From an uncultured Aquimarina sp. (GTDB lineage Bacteria; Bacteroidota; Bacteroidia; Flavobacteriales; Flavobacteriaceae): 64,000 nt of DNA. The notes beneath the pieces were generated by a model. The model was not told the DNA's origin. It ran no database searches and saw only the letters and a list, made by a program, of their open reading frames with translations. The translations under genes were made by a program, and so were the position numbers. Positions 35,457-45,964 of this stretch are shown piece after piece. Position 1 is the stretch's first letter; every line of letters begins with the position of its first letter. Where the stretch lies: contig CANMCO010000012.1 in assembly GCA_947496355.1 (NCBI GenBank), positions 9,705-73,704 of the forward strand. Direction: 5' to 3'.

Positions 35457-36992
35457 ATGCCTATGATGTCTGATACTACATGTAATCTAGATTCTCTGGA
35501 TCCGTACGTACCTTCCTCTGAAAACCCATGGAATGTTACGAAAATAAATCATCTCTATCGCAGAATTGGTTTTGGTGCCTCTAAAACTGAGGTTCTTGCA
35601 GCCTTAACTCAAGATAATCCATCTGCGCTGGTTGATTCTCTTATTGATAATGCAATTGCATTAAATACTACACCACCACCCGTTTGGGGGTTTTGGAATA
35701 GAGACCAATTTGAAGCTGCCGAAATGGCTAATCCAGATAATGATACGGGTTTCTATAGACGAGAAGGTAAAAATCAAATGGTTAACGATCTTGTCCTAAA
35801 TGGTGTAAGAGAACGTCTTACTCTCTTCTGGAGTAATCACTTTGTAACCGAAGATGATACCTACAGAAGCCCCGCCTATCAATCTCAATATTACAATCTT
35901 CTTCAAGTTCATGCTTTGGGAAATTTTAGAGATTTTGTATACGATATTGGGATTTCTAATGCCATGTTAGTATATCTTAACGGAGATGAAAACATAAGAG
36001 ATAGACCTAATGAGAATTATGCTCGAGAGCTTTATGAACTTTTCACCCTTGGTGTTGATAACGGTTACACCGAAGATGATATCCAGGAAACGGCTAAAGC
36101 CCTAACAGGGTATGTTGAAACCAATGATATCCCATGGGGAGATATTGTCTTTAACCCAGCTCAGTTTAGTAATGATTCTAAAACCATTTTTGGTCAATCA
36201 GGAAATTGGACGTATGATGATGTAATCAATATTTTATTTCAACAAAGAGAAAGACAAGTTGCCACTTTTATCTGTGGTAAACTTTACGCATATTTTGTAA
36301 GCCCAACGTGTAGCGAAGCTATAGTTGATCAAATGGCACAAACATTTATTGATAACAATTTTGCTATTGCCCCCGTTCTTCGACAACTTTTTAAAAGTGA
36401 ACACTTTTTTAATATTGAAGCTATAGGAGCAATTATCAAAAGCCCATGTGATTTATTAATTTGTTTCTATAACGAATTAGGGTTCCCACTTTCTTCTACA
36501 GACGTTAACGATTTTATCAGAGGTACTGTTCGTATTCTAGGACAAGATGTATTAAACCCTATAGATGTGGAGGGATGGCAAATGGACGAAGATTGGATTA
36601 GTCCGGATCTTTTAATCGGGCGATGGGAAAGTGCAAGATTTATTACAAATCAAGCTTGGAGTGAAAATCAACAGCAATTTAGAGATTTTGTCGTTGGCTT
36701 ACCAATTGGGACTTCTACAGATGGAATTCTTGATCCGGGATTAAATAGGGACCAAGTTGATATTGTTGTTAGAGCACTAGTGAATTATTTTTTCCCAAGA
36801 GGGATTGAAGATCCAATAATTTTCAATGAAATTTTAGGTGTATTTAAGGATATCGATGCCTTTCCGCCTAGTTACTATGAACCAGATGCACCAGATGCAA
36901 ACAGTTGGATGCTTAGTCGTCCTGAAGTATCAGAGCAATTTTTTGCTTTTCTTAACTTCATTGTAGATATCCCTGAATTTCAACTTAAATAA
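35457..36992 (+). CDS. DUF1800 family protein
   Basis: HLYRRIGFG, ERLTLFWSNHF, AMLVYL, PNENYARELYELFTLG. Confidence 0.9.
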   Translation: MPMMSDTTCNLDSLDPYVPSSENPWNVTKINHLYRRIGFGASKTEVLAALTQDNPSALVDSLIDNAIALNTTPPPVWGFWNRDQFEAAEMANPDNDTGFYRREGKNQMVNDLVLNGVRERLTLFWSNHFVTEDDTYRSPAYQSQYYNLLQVHALGNFRDFVYDIGISNAMLVYLNGDENIRDRPNENYARELYELFTLGVDNGYTEDDIQETAKALTGYVETNDIPWGDIVFNPAQFSNDSKTIFGQSGNWTYDDVINILFQQRERQVATFICGKLYAYFVSPTCSEAIVDQMAQTFIDNNFAIAPVLRQLFKSEHFFNIEAIGAIIKSPCDLLICFYNELGFPLSSTDVNDFIRGTVRILGQDVLNPIDVEGWQMDEDWISPDLLIGRWESARFITNQAWSENQQQFRDFVVGLPIGTSTDGILDPGLNRDQVDIVVRALVNYFFPRGIEDPIIFNEILGVFKDIDAFPPSYYEPDAPDANSWMLSRPEVSEQFFAFLNFIVDIPEFQLK

Positions 36993-36998
36993 ATTGCT

Positions 36999-38627
36999 AT
37001 GTGCGAAACGAATCACAATCAAAAGATAAAATTAGATAAAAACGGTAATTGTAATACCGATGATCATATAAAATGGAACAGAAGATCCTTTCTTCAGGCA
37101 TTAGGAATTGCCGGTGGGGGTTCTATGATGCTGGCAAATACGCCTCTTTCTGTATCAAGACCTTCTCCTCTATCTATTGCATTAAGCCAGTCTACTAATG
37201 AAAATATTCTTGTTTTGGTTAGACTTCAAGGAGGTAATGATGGTTTTAATACCATTATCCCTGTATATGACTATGATGTATACGCTAATGCAAGGCCTTT
37301 GATACGCATACCTCCTAGTGAGTTTATTACGCTAGATGAGGACTACGCTATGCCAAAACCAATGAATAAACTCGAGAGAGTATGGGGAAATGGCCAAATG
37401 AAAGTAGTTCATGGTGTTGGGTATGAGGATTCTTCATTATCGCATTTTAAAGGATCTGATATTTACGCAAACACAAACCTGCTTGAAGATGATCGCACAG
37501 GTTTTATGGGTAGATATTTTGGAGAAATTTATCCAAGTTACTTTTTTAATCCACCTCCAAGTCCACCATCTATACAGATTGGAAGTATTGGAAATTTAAT
37601 CTTTAAAGGACCAGAGAGTGATTATTCTTTTGCAATTTCCGACCCAAGAAGGTTATTGCAAATTATAGAAAATGAAACTTTCTACAACCTAGATGGGCTT
37701 GACAATTGTACTTATGATGATAAAGTAAGATACCTTAGAGAAGCCACTAATACTACGTTTAATTATGCAGATGTAATTAGTGCCGCTTACGAAAGATCAA
37801 CTGATTTTGGCGGGTATTTGGATGATAGCTTAGGAAGGCAGTTTAGTATCATTTCACGTTTAATAAAGGGTGATCTGGGCACCAAAGTCTTTTTAGTAAC
37901 CTTAGGAGGATTTGACACACATAATAATCAAACCGAAAGACACCAACAACTCCTAAATTCCTTTTCTGAAGCTGTTAGCAATTTTTATGCTGATCTTACA
38001 GCAGCAGGATGGGACGATAAGGTACTCACTATGACTACCTCAGAGTTTGGTAGAAGGTTTACAGAAAATGGTTCTCTAGGAACAGATCATGGTACAGCAG
38101 CACCAACTATGTTTTTTGGATCTGCCCTTAACGGAAGTGGTTTTGCAGGAGAACATCCTGATCTAAATAATCTTACCAGAGGTGGAAATGTAACCAATAC
38201 CATGGATTTTAGACGAGTCTACGCCACAGTGATGAAAGATTGGCTATGTATTGATGAAGGTATGGTAGGAAGAGCATTATTAGACTCTGATGGAGGACCT
38301 TTTGAATCCCTCGATTTAGGGTTTAATTGTTCTGGAACCACGACTAATATTCCAACAGATGGAGAAAGCCTAACGCACATCCCAACATATAGTGATAGCC
38401 AAACTTTTATAAATATTGTCTCACCACAAACCACTCATTTAGAAGTTTCTTTGTTTAATATCATTGGACAAAAAGTGGCAACATTGGCTAATGAAATGCT
38501 TATGGAGGGTGTTGATCTTATAATTAATGTAAAAGATTCTGCGAACACCAGATTAAGTACAGGGTCCTATGTATACCTTATTAAGACTAATAATGGTGAA
38601 TTTAGCAAGTCAATTATAATCTCATAA
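36999..38627 (+). CDS. DUF1501 family protein with Tat signal and C-terminal T9SS sorting domain
   Basis: RRSFLQ twin-arginine motif, LQGGNDG, GGFDTH, SEFGRR, GTDHG, DFRRVY; C-terminal LFNIIGQKV...GSYVYLI...SKSIII. Confidence 0.88.
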   Translation: MCETNHNQKIKLDKNGNCNTDDHIKWNRRSFLQALGIAGGGSMMLANTPLSVSRPSPLSIALSQSTNENILVLVRLQGGNDGFNTIIPVYDYDVYANARPLIRIPPSEFITLDEDYAMPKPMNKLERVWGNGQMKVVHGVGYEDSSLSHFKGSDIYANTNLLEDDRTGFMGRYFGEIYPSYFFNPPPSPPSIQIGSIGNLIFKGPESDYSFAISDPRRLLQIIENETFYNLDGLDNCTYDDKVRYLREATNTTFNYADVISAAYERSTDFGGYLDDSLGRQFSIISRLIKGDLGTKVFLVTLGGFDTHNNQTERHQQLLNSFSEAVSNFYADLTAAGWDDKVLTMTTSEFGRRFTENGSLGTDHGTAAPTMFFGSALNGSGFAGEHPDLNNLTRGGNVTNTMDFRRVYATVMKDWLCIDEGMVGRALLDSDGGPFESLDLGFNCSGTTTNIPTDGESLTHIPTYSDSQTFINIVSPQTTHLEVSLFNIIGQKVATLANEMLMEGVDLIINVKDSANTRLSTGSYVYLIKTNNGEFSKSIIIS

Positions 38628-38729
38628 ATTAGTAAATATAACCACTAGAAACATTCAAAATAAATGGATGATCTAGTGGTTATGTTTTGTACCTGTTTTT
38701 ATTACCTTTGTGCCTTATTTTTATGCACT

Positions 38730-40784
38730 ATGAGCACACAGGGAAGATATACAATTACAGCAGCATTACCATACACCAACGGTCCTATTCATATAGGTCA
38801 CCTTGCTGGGGTTTATGTACCAGCAGATATTTATTCACGTTACCTTAGAATCACTGGCAATGATGTTGCTTTTATTTGTGGAAGTGATGAGCATGGCGCT
38901 GCAATCCCTATGCGAGCAAAAAAAGAGGGGGTTTCTCCTCAAGTAATCATCGATAAGTATCATACGATTATTAAAAAATCTTTTAATGAGTTCGGGATTT
39001 CGTTCGATAACTACTCAAGAACCTCTGCTCCTATTCATCATGAGACCGCTTCTGAGTTTTTTAAGAAAATGTATGCCGATGGTAAGTTTATCGAAGAAAT
39101 ATCAGAACAATTATACGATCCAGAAGCCAACCAGTTTCTAGCAGATCGATTTGTAACCGGTACTTGCCCAAAATGTGGAAATGAAGAAGCCTATGGTGAC
39201 CAATGCGAAAATTGCGGAAGCTCACTTAATGCAACGGATTTAATCAATCCAAAATCTACTATTTCTGGAGCAGAACCTATTCTAAAACAAACAAAACACT
39301 GGTTCTTACCACTAGACCAATACGAGGATTTTCTAAGAGAATGGGTATTAGTAGGGCATAAAAAAGACTGGAAAACAAATGTATACGGGCAAATTAAGTC
39401 ATGGGTAGATGATGGATTACGCCCACGTGCCGTAACTCGAGATTTGGATTGGGGAATCCCGGTTCCTGTTGAAGGTGCAGAAGGAAAAGTACTATATGTA
39501 TGGTTTGATGCCCCAATTGGATATATCTCCTCTACCAAAGAATGGGCTACAAGAGAAGGAAAAGATTGGGAACCTTATTGGAAAGACAAAGACACTAAAC
39601 TTGTTCATTTTATAGGAAAAGATAATATAGTTTTTCACTGCATTATTTTCCCAAGCATGCTAAAAGCTGAAGGAAGTTATATTTTACCAGAAAATGTCCC
39701 TGCAAATGAGTTTTTAAATCTAGAAGGTAATAAACTTTCTACTTCAAAAAACTGGGCAGTATGGCTACATGAATATCTAGAAGATTTTCCAGGCAAGCAA
39801 GATGTGTTGCGATACGCACTTACTGCTAATGCACCAGAAACCAAGGATAATGATTTTACCTGGAAAGATTTTCAGGCACGTAACAACAATGAATTGGTTG
39901 CTATATTTGGAAACTTCATTAATCGAGTTGTTGTACTCACAAACAAGTACTACGATGGTGTGGTGCCAACTCCTTCTACCCTTTCTGAAATAGACGCACA
40001 AACCTTGGCTGAGCTTAAAGCCTACCCGGCAGTGATCTCAAGTTCTATCGAAAGATACCGATTTAGAGAAGCGAGCCAGGAATTGATGAATGTAGCACGA
40101 CTAGGAAATAAATACCTGGCAGACGAAGAACCATGGAAAACAGTTAAGACTGATGAGGATCGCACTCAAACTGTGATGTATGTAGCGCTTCAAATTGCTA
40201 GCGCATTGGCGACACTATCTGAGCCATTTTTACCATTTACAAGTACTAAATTAAAAGGCATTCTTAATCATTCTGGGTTAAATTGGTCTGAAATATCTTC
40301 GGCAGAAGTTTTACTTCCTGCAGGACACCAAATCGAAAAAGGAGAATTGTTATTCTCAAAAATAGAAGATACTGACATTCAAAAACAATTAGAAAAACTG
40401 GAAGCTACCAAAAAAGCCAACGAGGCCGAAAATAAAATCGTAGAACCACAAAAAGATACGGCTACTTTTGAAGATTTTACCAAACTAGACATTAGAGTAG
40501 GAACAATCATTGAAGCAGAAAAAATGCCTAAGGCAAAAAAGCTTTTGGTACTTAAAGTAGATACCGGGATCAATGTTCGTACCATCGTATCTGGGATCGC
40601 AGAACATTTTACCCCAGAAGAAGTTGTAGGGAAAAAAGTAACGGTTTTGGTAAACCTTGCGCCTAGAAAACTGCGTGGTGTAGAAAGTGAGGGTATGATC
40701 CTAATGACTGAAACTCCTGAAGGTAAATTGGTATTCCTAAATCCTGATGAGGATAATGTAAATCCTGGCGAGGTAATTAGTTAA
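38730..40784 (+). CDS. metG: Methionine--tRNA ligase with C-terminal tRNA-binding domain
   Basis: [13 protein letters not shown], Zn knuckle CPKC/CENC, KLSTS (KMSKS analogue), OB-fold C-terminus; likely start MSTQGR (ORF track starts at 38664). Confidence 0.97.
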   Translation: MSTQGRYTITAALPYTNGPIHIGHLAGVYVPADIYSRYLRITGNDVAFICGSDEHGAAIPMRAKKEGVSPQVIIDKYHTIIKKSFNEFGISFDNYSRTSAPIHHETASEFFKKMYADGKFIEEISEQLYDPEANQFLADRFVTGTCPKCGNEEAYGDQCENCGSSLNATDLINPKSTISGAEPILKQTKHWFLPLDQYEDFLREWVLVGHKKDWKTNVYGQIKSWVDDGLRPRAVTRDLDWGIPVPVEGAEGKVLYVWFDAPIGYISSTKEWATREGKDWEPYWKDKDTKLVHFIGKDNIVFHCIIFPSMLKAEGSYILPENVPANEFLNLEGNKLSTSKNWAVWLHEYLEDFPGKQDVLRYALTANAPETKDNDFTWKDFQARNNNELVAIFGNFINRVVVLTNKYYDGVVPTPSTLSEIDAQTLAELKAYPAVISSSIERYRFREASQELMNVARLGNKYLADEEPWKTVKTDEDRTQTVMYVALQIASALATLSEPFLPFTSTKLKGILNHSGLNWSEISSAEVLLPAGHQIEKGELLFSKIEDTDIQKQLEKLEATKKANEAENKIVEPQKDTATFEDFTKLDIRVGTIIEAEKMPKAKKLLVLKVDTGINVRTIVSGIAEHFTPEEVVGKKVTVLVNLAPRKLRGVESEGMILMTETPEGKLVFLNPDEDNVNPGEVIS

Positions 40785-40811
40785 CATACTCATTCCTAAA
40801 CGAACATTTTT

Positions 40812-42290
40812 ATGAAGAAGATTGTATTAGCAATTTTGTTGGCATTGACTTGTGAAATCATCTCATCTCAGGAAAAATTAATAGAATTAAACGATACCTT
40901 TTCCTATCCTAGGGAGATTCCTAAACAGTCTTTTTCTATACCTAACCAGGTCAACGGTGAACTAACAATACTATTTGATGAGAAGAAAGAACTGCAAGCT
41001 CAGTTATTTGATTCTAACTATAAATCGAAAGCAAAAATAAAAACCAAGGCACTTTCGAAAAAATATAAAAACCTAATAGGTTATAATATCTACAATGATA
41101 TTTACTCGGTTTTCTTTTCCAATGAAAAAAACACCAAATTCGGAGTTCAGATTCTTGATTTTAAAAATAAAACATCGGAAATCAAATTTTTAAAGAATTT
41201 TAGTTTAACTGGTGAAAAGTATATTGAAGCAGTAAATTATAAAAATAAAATTCACCTTCTCACTAGTAAAAACTATTCTTCAGAAGTAAACATTTATACT
41301 TTTAACCCTAATTTTGAAAGCGAAAAAAGGACTATTTCATTAAAAGAAATAGAAATGGAGAGTCCATTTACCCAAGGTTACATTCTTAAAGCTTCCGAGT
41401 TGTTCACTCAAGATTCAAAAAGTGGAACATTAAGAAAAACAATTGAAGCCTCTAAAATAGAATATTACAATCCCAATACAATAGAAACTACTTCTAAAAA
41501 ACTTAAGCTATATCAGCAAGGTAAAATAGTCGTTTTGAGTTTGGATCATAATGTAAAAGAAACAAAGCTTTGTTATATTAACCTGGAAAGTTTAGAAATA
41601 ACATACAAAACATTTGATAAGCCATCAGAAGAAGAAATAGAATTTAAAAAAAGCAACTCCTACTTGTATGATGATAAACTTTTTCAAATTGTAAGTTCTG
41701 CAGCTAAAATGAAATTCACAGTCTTGGATATCAATACCAACAAAATTATCAAAGAATATACAATTGGTAAGCAGGATTCTATAACTTTCAAAAACTCTCC
41801 AATTATCCAGGAAGGAAGTATGACTATTTTTGGCTTTTCAGAAAATCAAACCCGTGAAATGGAAAAAACGACTAAATACCTGAGAAAAATTTCTCAAGGA
41901 AATTTAGGTATTTCTGTATTCAAGACAAATAACAATTATAATATCGTTTTAGGTGGGATTCAGGAAATAATAACGTCTAGAAATTTTAGACCTGGATTTG
42001 GTGGAACGGCTTCAAGAACTCCTCTTTTTTTCAATGTTAGCTATAATCCAACATCTTTCGAATTTAATAAATATACTTCATCCAAGTCTACTTATATAAA
42101 ATGTCTTTTCGATGAAAATCTAGAGCATATAAAAGGCAAAATAGGTAAGAATAGGTTCGATAAAATAAGGAATTTCGAAAGAAAAGTGAGCTATTTTACA
42201 GGCAAAAATATCTTCTTACATAATGGTAAAATACACTACGGTCTCTATCACACAAAAGATGAAGTATATAGATTATACAAATTTAAATAA
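40812..42290 (+). CDS. Secreted hypothetical protein (paralog A)
   Basis: Signal peptide; shares DSITFKNSPII, KSTYIKCLFD motifs with the next gene. Confidence 0.7.
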   Translation: MKKIVLAILLALTCEIISSQEKLIELNDTFSYPREIPKQSFSIPNQVNGELTILFDEKKELQAQLFDSNYKSKAKIKTKALSKKYKNLIGYNIYNDIYSVFFSNEKNTKFGVQILDFKNKTSEIKFLKNFSLTGEKYIEAVNYKNKIHLLTSKNYSSEVNIYTFNPNFESEKRTISLKEIEMESPFTQGYILKASELFTQDSKSGTLRKTIEASKIEYYNPNTIETTSKKLKLYQQGKIVVLSLDHNVKETKLCYINLESLEITYKTFDKPSEEEIEFKKSNSYLYDDKLFQIVSSAAKMKFTVLDINTNKIIKEYTIGKQDSITFKNSPIIQEGSMTIFGFSENQTREMEKTTKYLRKISQGNLGISVFKTNNNYNIVLGGIQEIITSRNFRPGFGGTASRTPLFFNVSYNPTSFEFNKYTSSKSTYIKCLFDENLEHIKGKIGKNRFDKIRNFERKVSYFTGKNIFLHNGKIHYGLYHTKDEVYRLYKFK

Positions 42291-42315
42291 TGTCCCCAAT
42301 CCCAAAATAAAATTT

Positions 42316-43764
42316 ATGAGGAGAATTATTTTTACAATCCTATCCATTTTCTTTTTGGTTTCACCAATTCTATCCCAAGAAATACTCTCAGAAAGTGAGA
42401 TGAAATTAAAAATTGGATTAAATGAGGCAAGAAAGTCTATTCCGGTGGTGAATGAAAAAGCAAAGGAATTGTCTCTTTTTATTATTGATAAAAAGGCATT
42501 TCATTTGAATAAATATAACAAAGCGTTTGAGTTAGTATATCAGCAAAAATTTGAGAGACCTAAAACGAAAACGAAAAACATCAAAGCCGTTGTAGTTCCA
42601 AATCCAGATGAATACTTATTTTTATCGTCAAATGATAACAACAAAAAGCTGGAATTATTAAGTCTCAATATTAAAGACAAAGAAACGGAAGTAATCACAA
42701 AACCCCTTATTTCGAAAAAAGAGCGGTTCTTACATACATTTACACATGAGAATCTGATCTATATTATTACGCTTCAGCCCAATACTTCAAAACTGAATAT
42801 TCATAAGATTAAAGAAAAAAATAATATAGAAATTCTAGAATATGATCTCGCTAAAGAAGTATTTTTTGACTATAACGGTGATGTGAGTTCTTTGTATAAT
42901 GCTTTTTTAATACCAGATGGTAATTCTGTTAAGTTCAATTTGGAAATTGAACTTATAAAGACAGGTATTCCTAATTCCTTATACACTACTTCAAAACTAA
43001 TTAAACTATACATTCAAGATAAAAATACGATAACTATATCATTTGACAAGGGGCATAAGTTTACGCAGTTAATAACACTTAATCTCGATATTATTGATTA
43101 TACAATAAAAACAATTCAAAAACCTGTGTTATCCATAACTCGAGAATATGATCCGATAAAATCTAATTCTTTTTTATCTAAAGATAAGCTTTATCAAATT
43201 GTTAGTAATAATGATCAAATGAAATTTGCAGTTACTAACCTTGAATCGAAAAAGATAATTAAAGAACTCGTACTTCATGAAAAAGATTCTATAACTTTTA
43301 AAAACACACCTATAATAACAAAAGGTAGCGCCCATGATGACTATCTAGAAACAGAAAAAACCAGAAAATTTTTAAGGAATATAGCTTCGGAAAATAATGG
43401 TATTGTTATGTTTGAAAAAGATTCTATTGTAAAAATAACACTAGGCGGGGTATCAGAAGCCCCTTCTGGAACCCTAACAATGATCCATGGAACTCCATCA
43501 GTAGATCATTTTACATCACCAACTCACTATGCCTATACTGGTTATACTAAAGCCAGATCTACGTATATTCATTGCCTATTCAACCAAAAACTTCAACACA
43601 TTCCTGGTGAAGTCTTGAAAAATGCTTTTGACAAAATACAAGATTTTTCTAAAGACCTTAAAAACCTAAAAGTTGAGACCATCTTTAAATTTAATAAACA
43701 TTACGTATATGGGTATTATGATTCTCAATTGAAAAAATATTTTTTAAGAAAGTTCGAAGGTTAA
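42316..43764 (+). CDS. Secreted hypothetical protein (paralog B)
   Basis: Likely start MRRIIF with signal peptide (ORF track starts at 42223); DSITFKNTPII, RSTYIHCLFN. Confidence 0.7.
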   Translation: MRRIIFTILSIFFLVSPILSQEILSESEMKLKIGLNEARKSIPVVNEKAKELSLFIIDKKAFHLNKYNKAFELVYQQKFERPKTKTKNIKAVVVPNPDEYLFLSSNDNNKKLELLSLNIKDKETEVITKPLISKKERFLHTFTHENLIYIITLQPNTSKLNIHKIKEKNNIEILEYDLAKEVFFDYNGDVSSLYNAFLIPDGNSVKFNLEIELIKTGIPNSLYTTSKLIKLYIQDKNTITISFDKGHKFTQLITLNLDIIDYTIKTIQKPVLSITREYDPIKSNSFLSKDKLYQIVSNNDQMKFAVTNLESKKIIKELVLHEKDSITFKNTPIITKGSAHDDYLETEKTRKFLRNIASENNGIVMFEKDSIVKITLGGVSEAPSGTLTMIHGTPSVDHFTSPTHYAYTGYTKARSTYIHCLFNQKLQHIPGEVLKNAFDKIQDFSKDLKNLKVETIFKFNKHYVYGYYDSQLKKYFLRKFEG

Positions 43765-43776
43765 TTTCTCTAATTT

Positions 43777-44679
43777 ATGCTCAAAATAGCGTATCATCCG
43801 ATCTATACACATCCTTTACCAGAAGGGCATCGCTTTCCGATGATCAAGTATGAGTTATTACCCAAGCAGTTGCTTCATGAGGGAACTTGCATAAAAGCGA
43901 ATTTCTTTGAACCAAACATTCCAGATCCTGAACCTATTTTAGCCGTTCACACAAAAGAATATTATCAAAGCTTGATGGCATTATCTATAGAGCCTAAAGC
44001 TGCCAGAAAAATTGGGTTCCCATTATCACAAGAACTAATTGATCGTGAAGTCATTATTGCTGATGGCACCATAAAAGCTTCAGAGTATGCGCTAGAGTTT
44101 GGTGTTGCAATGAATATTGCAGGAGGAACACATCATGCTTATACTAATCATGGCGAGGCTTTTTGCTTACTTAATGATCAAGCTATCGGGGCCAAATATC
44201 TTTTGCAGAAAGGATTGGTAAAAAATATACTCATTGTAGATTTGGATGTACACCAAGGTAATGGTACTGCAGAGATATTCGAAAGTGATGATACGGTATT
44301 TACATTCTCTATGCACGGGGCCAATAATTACCCTTTTAAAAAGGAAAAATCTGATCTTGATATCGAACTTCCTGATCAAATTGACGATACCTTATATCTA
44401 AAAACGTTAAAACAAACCCTTCCAGAGCTCATCAAGGATCAAAAACCAGATTTTATCTATTACCTATGTGGTGTAGACATACTATCAACAGATAAATTAG
44501 GAAAATTAGGATGTACCGTTGCCGGTTGTGCAGAACGTGATCGATTTGTACTGCAAACCTGTAAAGATCTTGACATTCCCATAATGTGCTCCATGGGTGG
44601 TGGCTATTCCCCAGATATTAAAACTATTATCGAGGCACATGCAAATACATTTAGACTAGCACAGGACATTTTCTTTTAA
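43777..44679 (+). CDS. Histone deacetylase family protein
   Basis: GHRFPMIKY, GGTHHA, DLDVHQGNG, GVDIL, MGGGY. Confidence 0.92.
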   Translation: MLKIAYHPIYTHPLPEGHRFPMIKYELLPKQLLHEGTCIKANFFEPNIPDPEPILAVHTKEYYQSLMALSIEPKAARKIGFPLSQELIDREVIIADGTIKASEYALEFGVAMNIAGGTHHAYTNHGEAFCLLNDQAIGAKYLLQKGLVKNILIVDLDVHQGNGTAEIFESDDTVFTFSMHGANNYPFKKEKSDLDIELPDQIDDTLYLKTLKQTLPELIKDQKPDFIYYLCGVDILSTDKLGKLGCTVAGCAERDRFVLQTCKDLDIPIMCSMGGGYSPDIKTIIEAHANTFRLAQDIFF

Positions 44680-44743
44680 TACCTATTGCTAATCATTTGT
44701 AAACGGATATTTATCGTATATTCCACCCCTAATATATTTCTAA

Positions 44744-45094
44744 ATGCAAAAAGAATGTCCCGTATGTGGTGATAAGATTATCGGTCGTGCAGATAAAAAA
44801 TTCTGTAGCGATTACTGTCGTAACGCTTATAACAATCAACTTAATAAGGATAGTAAAAACCTTGTTCGTAATATTAATAATTTATTACGTAAAAACTACC
44901 GCATCCTTAGCGAGTTAAATCCAAAAGACAAAACCAAAACCACCAAAACAAAGTTAATAGCAAAAGGATTTGATTTTCAACACTTCACCAGCATTTATGT
45001 TACCAAAACAGGGAACACCTATTATTTTGTCTATGATCAAGGGTATTTACCACTCGAGAATGAGTTTTATGCTCTTGTAAAAAGAAATAGTTAA
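44744..45094 (+). CDS. Hypothetical Zn-ribbon protein
   Basis: CPVCG...KKFCSDYCR four-Cys motif. Confidence 0.75.
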   Translation: MQKECPVCGDKIIGRADKKFCSDYCRNAYNNQLNKDSKNLVRNINNLLRKNYRILSELNPKDKTKTTKTKLIAKGFDFQHFTSIYVTKTGNTYYFVYDQGYLPLENEFYALVKRNS

Positions 45095-45097
45095 TCA

Positions 45098-45265
45098 AGA
45101 AAGAAGAGGGTAATTGAAATTGGGGAAGAAGTTTGAGTAATGGGTATAGGTAAATGGAAAGAATCCGATCATAAATTTGACCGATACTCTTCCAAAAATC
45201 TATTTATATCAGGAGACAAAGCAAACAAACTTTTAATTACCGATGATCCAAAAGCAATTGTATAA
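45098..45265 (+). pseudogene. Probable 3' remnant of a deleted gene
   Basis: Frame reads RKKRVIEIGEEV*VMGIGKWKESDHKFDRYSSKNLFISGDKANKLLITDDPKAIV*, protein-like across an in-frame TGA at 45134-45136, with no upstream start. Confidence 0.4.
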
Positions 45266-45268
45266 TGA

Positions 45269-45739
45269 TTATTTATCCCACCAATTTTGACTGTTCAATT
45301 TCAGTGCAGCTTTCATGACATCTTTCTGACTAATCTGTCCTATCAGTTTTCCATCTTCGATAATTGGAAAACGCCTTCTTTTGGTTTGTAGAAATTTATT
45401 AGCGGCATCAAAAATATTTAAATTACCATCAATAGTCTCTACATTCTTTACCATAAATTTATCTACTCTGGCATCATCAATTGGCATATTGTAATAACGA
45501 CTTTCATTAAGCTGTTTTATGCAATCTCCTTCAGAAATAATACCCAACAACTTATTATTGTCGTCCACAACAGGACCACCCGAAATTTTATGCTTTACCA
45601 AAGTTTCGATTACCTCCATTACAGACTGATTAGGATTAAATGTAATCAAGTCTTTCGTCATATAATCCGAAACCTTTATTGGAGTCTCATCTTGCTTTTT
45701 GGTTTTAGAGCGAGCTCCCTGAAAACTTATTATTCCCAT
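45269..45739 (-). CDS. CBS domain protein
   Basis: Two CBS repeats: ISGGPVVD...GIISEGD and RRFPII...GQISQKD. Confidence 0.9.
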   Translation of the reverse strand: MGIISFQGARSKTKKQDETPIKVSDYMTKDLITFNPNQSVMEVIETLVKHKISGGPVVDDNNKLLGIISEGDCIKQLNESRYYNMPIDDARVDKFMVKNVETIDGNLNIFDAANKFLQTKRRRFPIIEDGKLIGQISQKDVMKAALKLNSQNWWDK

Positions 45740-45964
45740 ATTATTAAGTGATTTAGTGATTCTTAAATATAATGATTTCCAACCACTTATTCAATATGTA
45801 TTTCGAATTTCGCACTCCTAAAACCTAATTTTTATCATACTCGTAACAATTCCTTTTTAATTATACGATTTCCAAAAGCATATAACGCTTACAATCATTT
45901 CGATTAGTATCAATACAATAATTGTGGCTTATTTCTTACCTTTAGCCTAAACCAATACTCACAC

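Noticed and set aside
43777-44679. Histone deacetylase as an unusual eukaryote-like gene
   Set aside because: HDAC-family deacetylases are widespread in bacteria; nothing unusual in context
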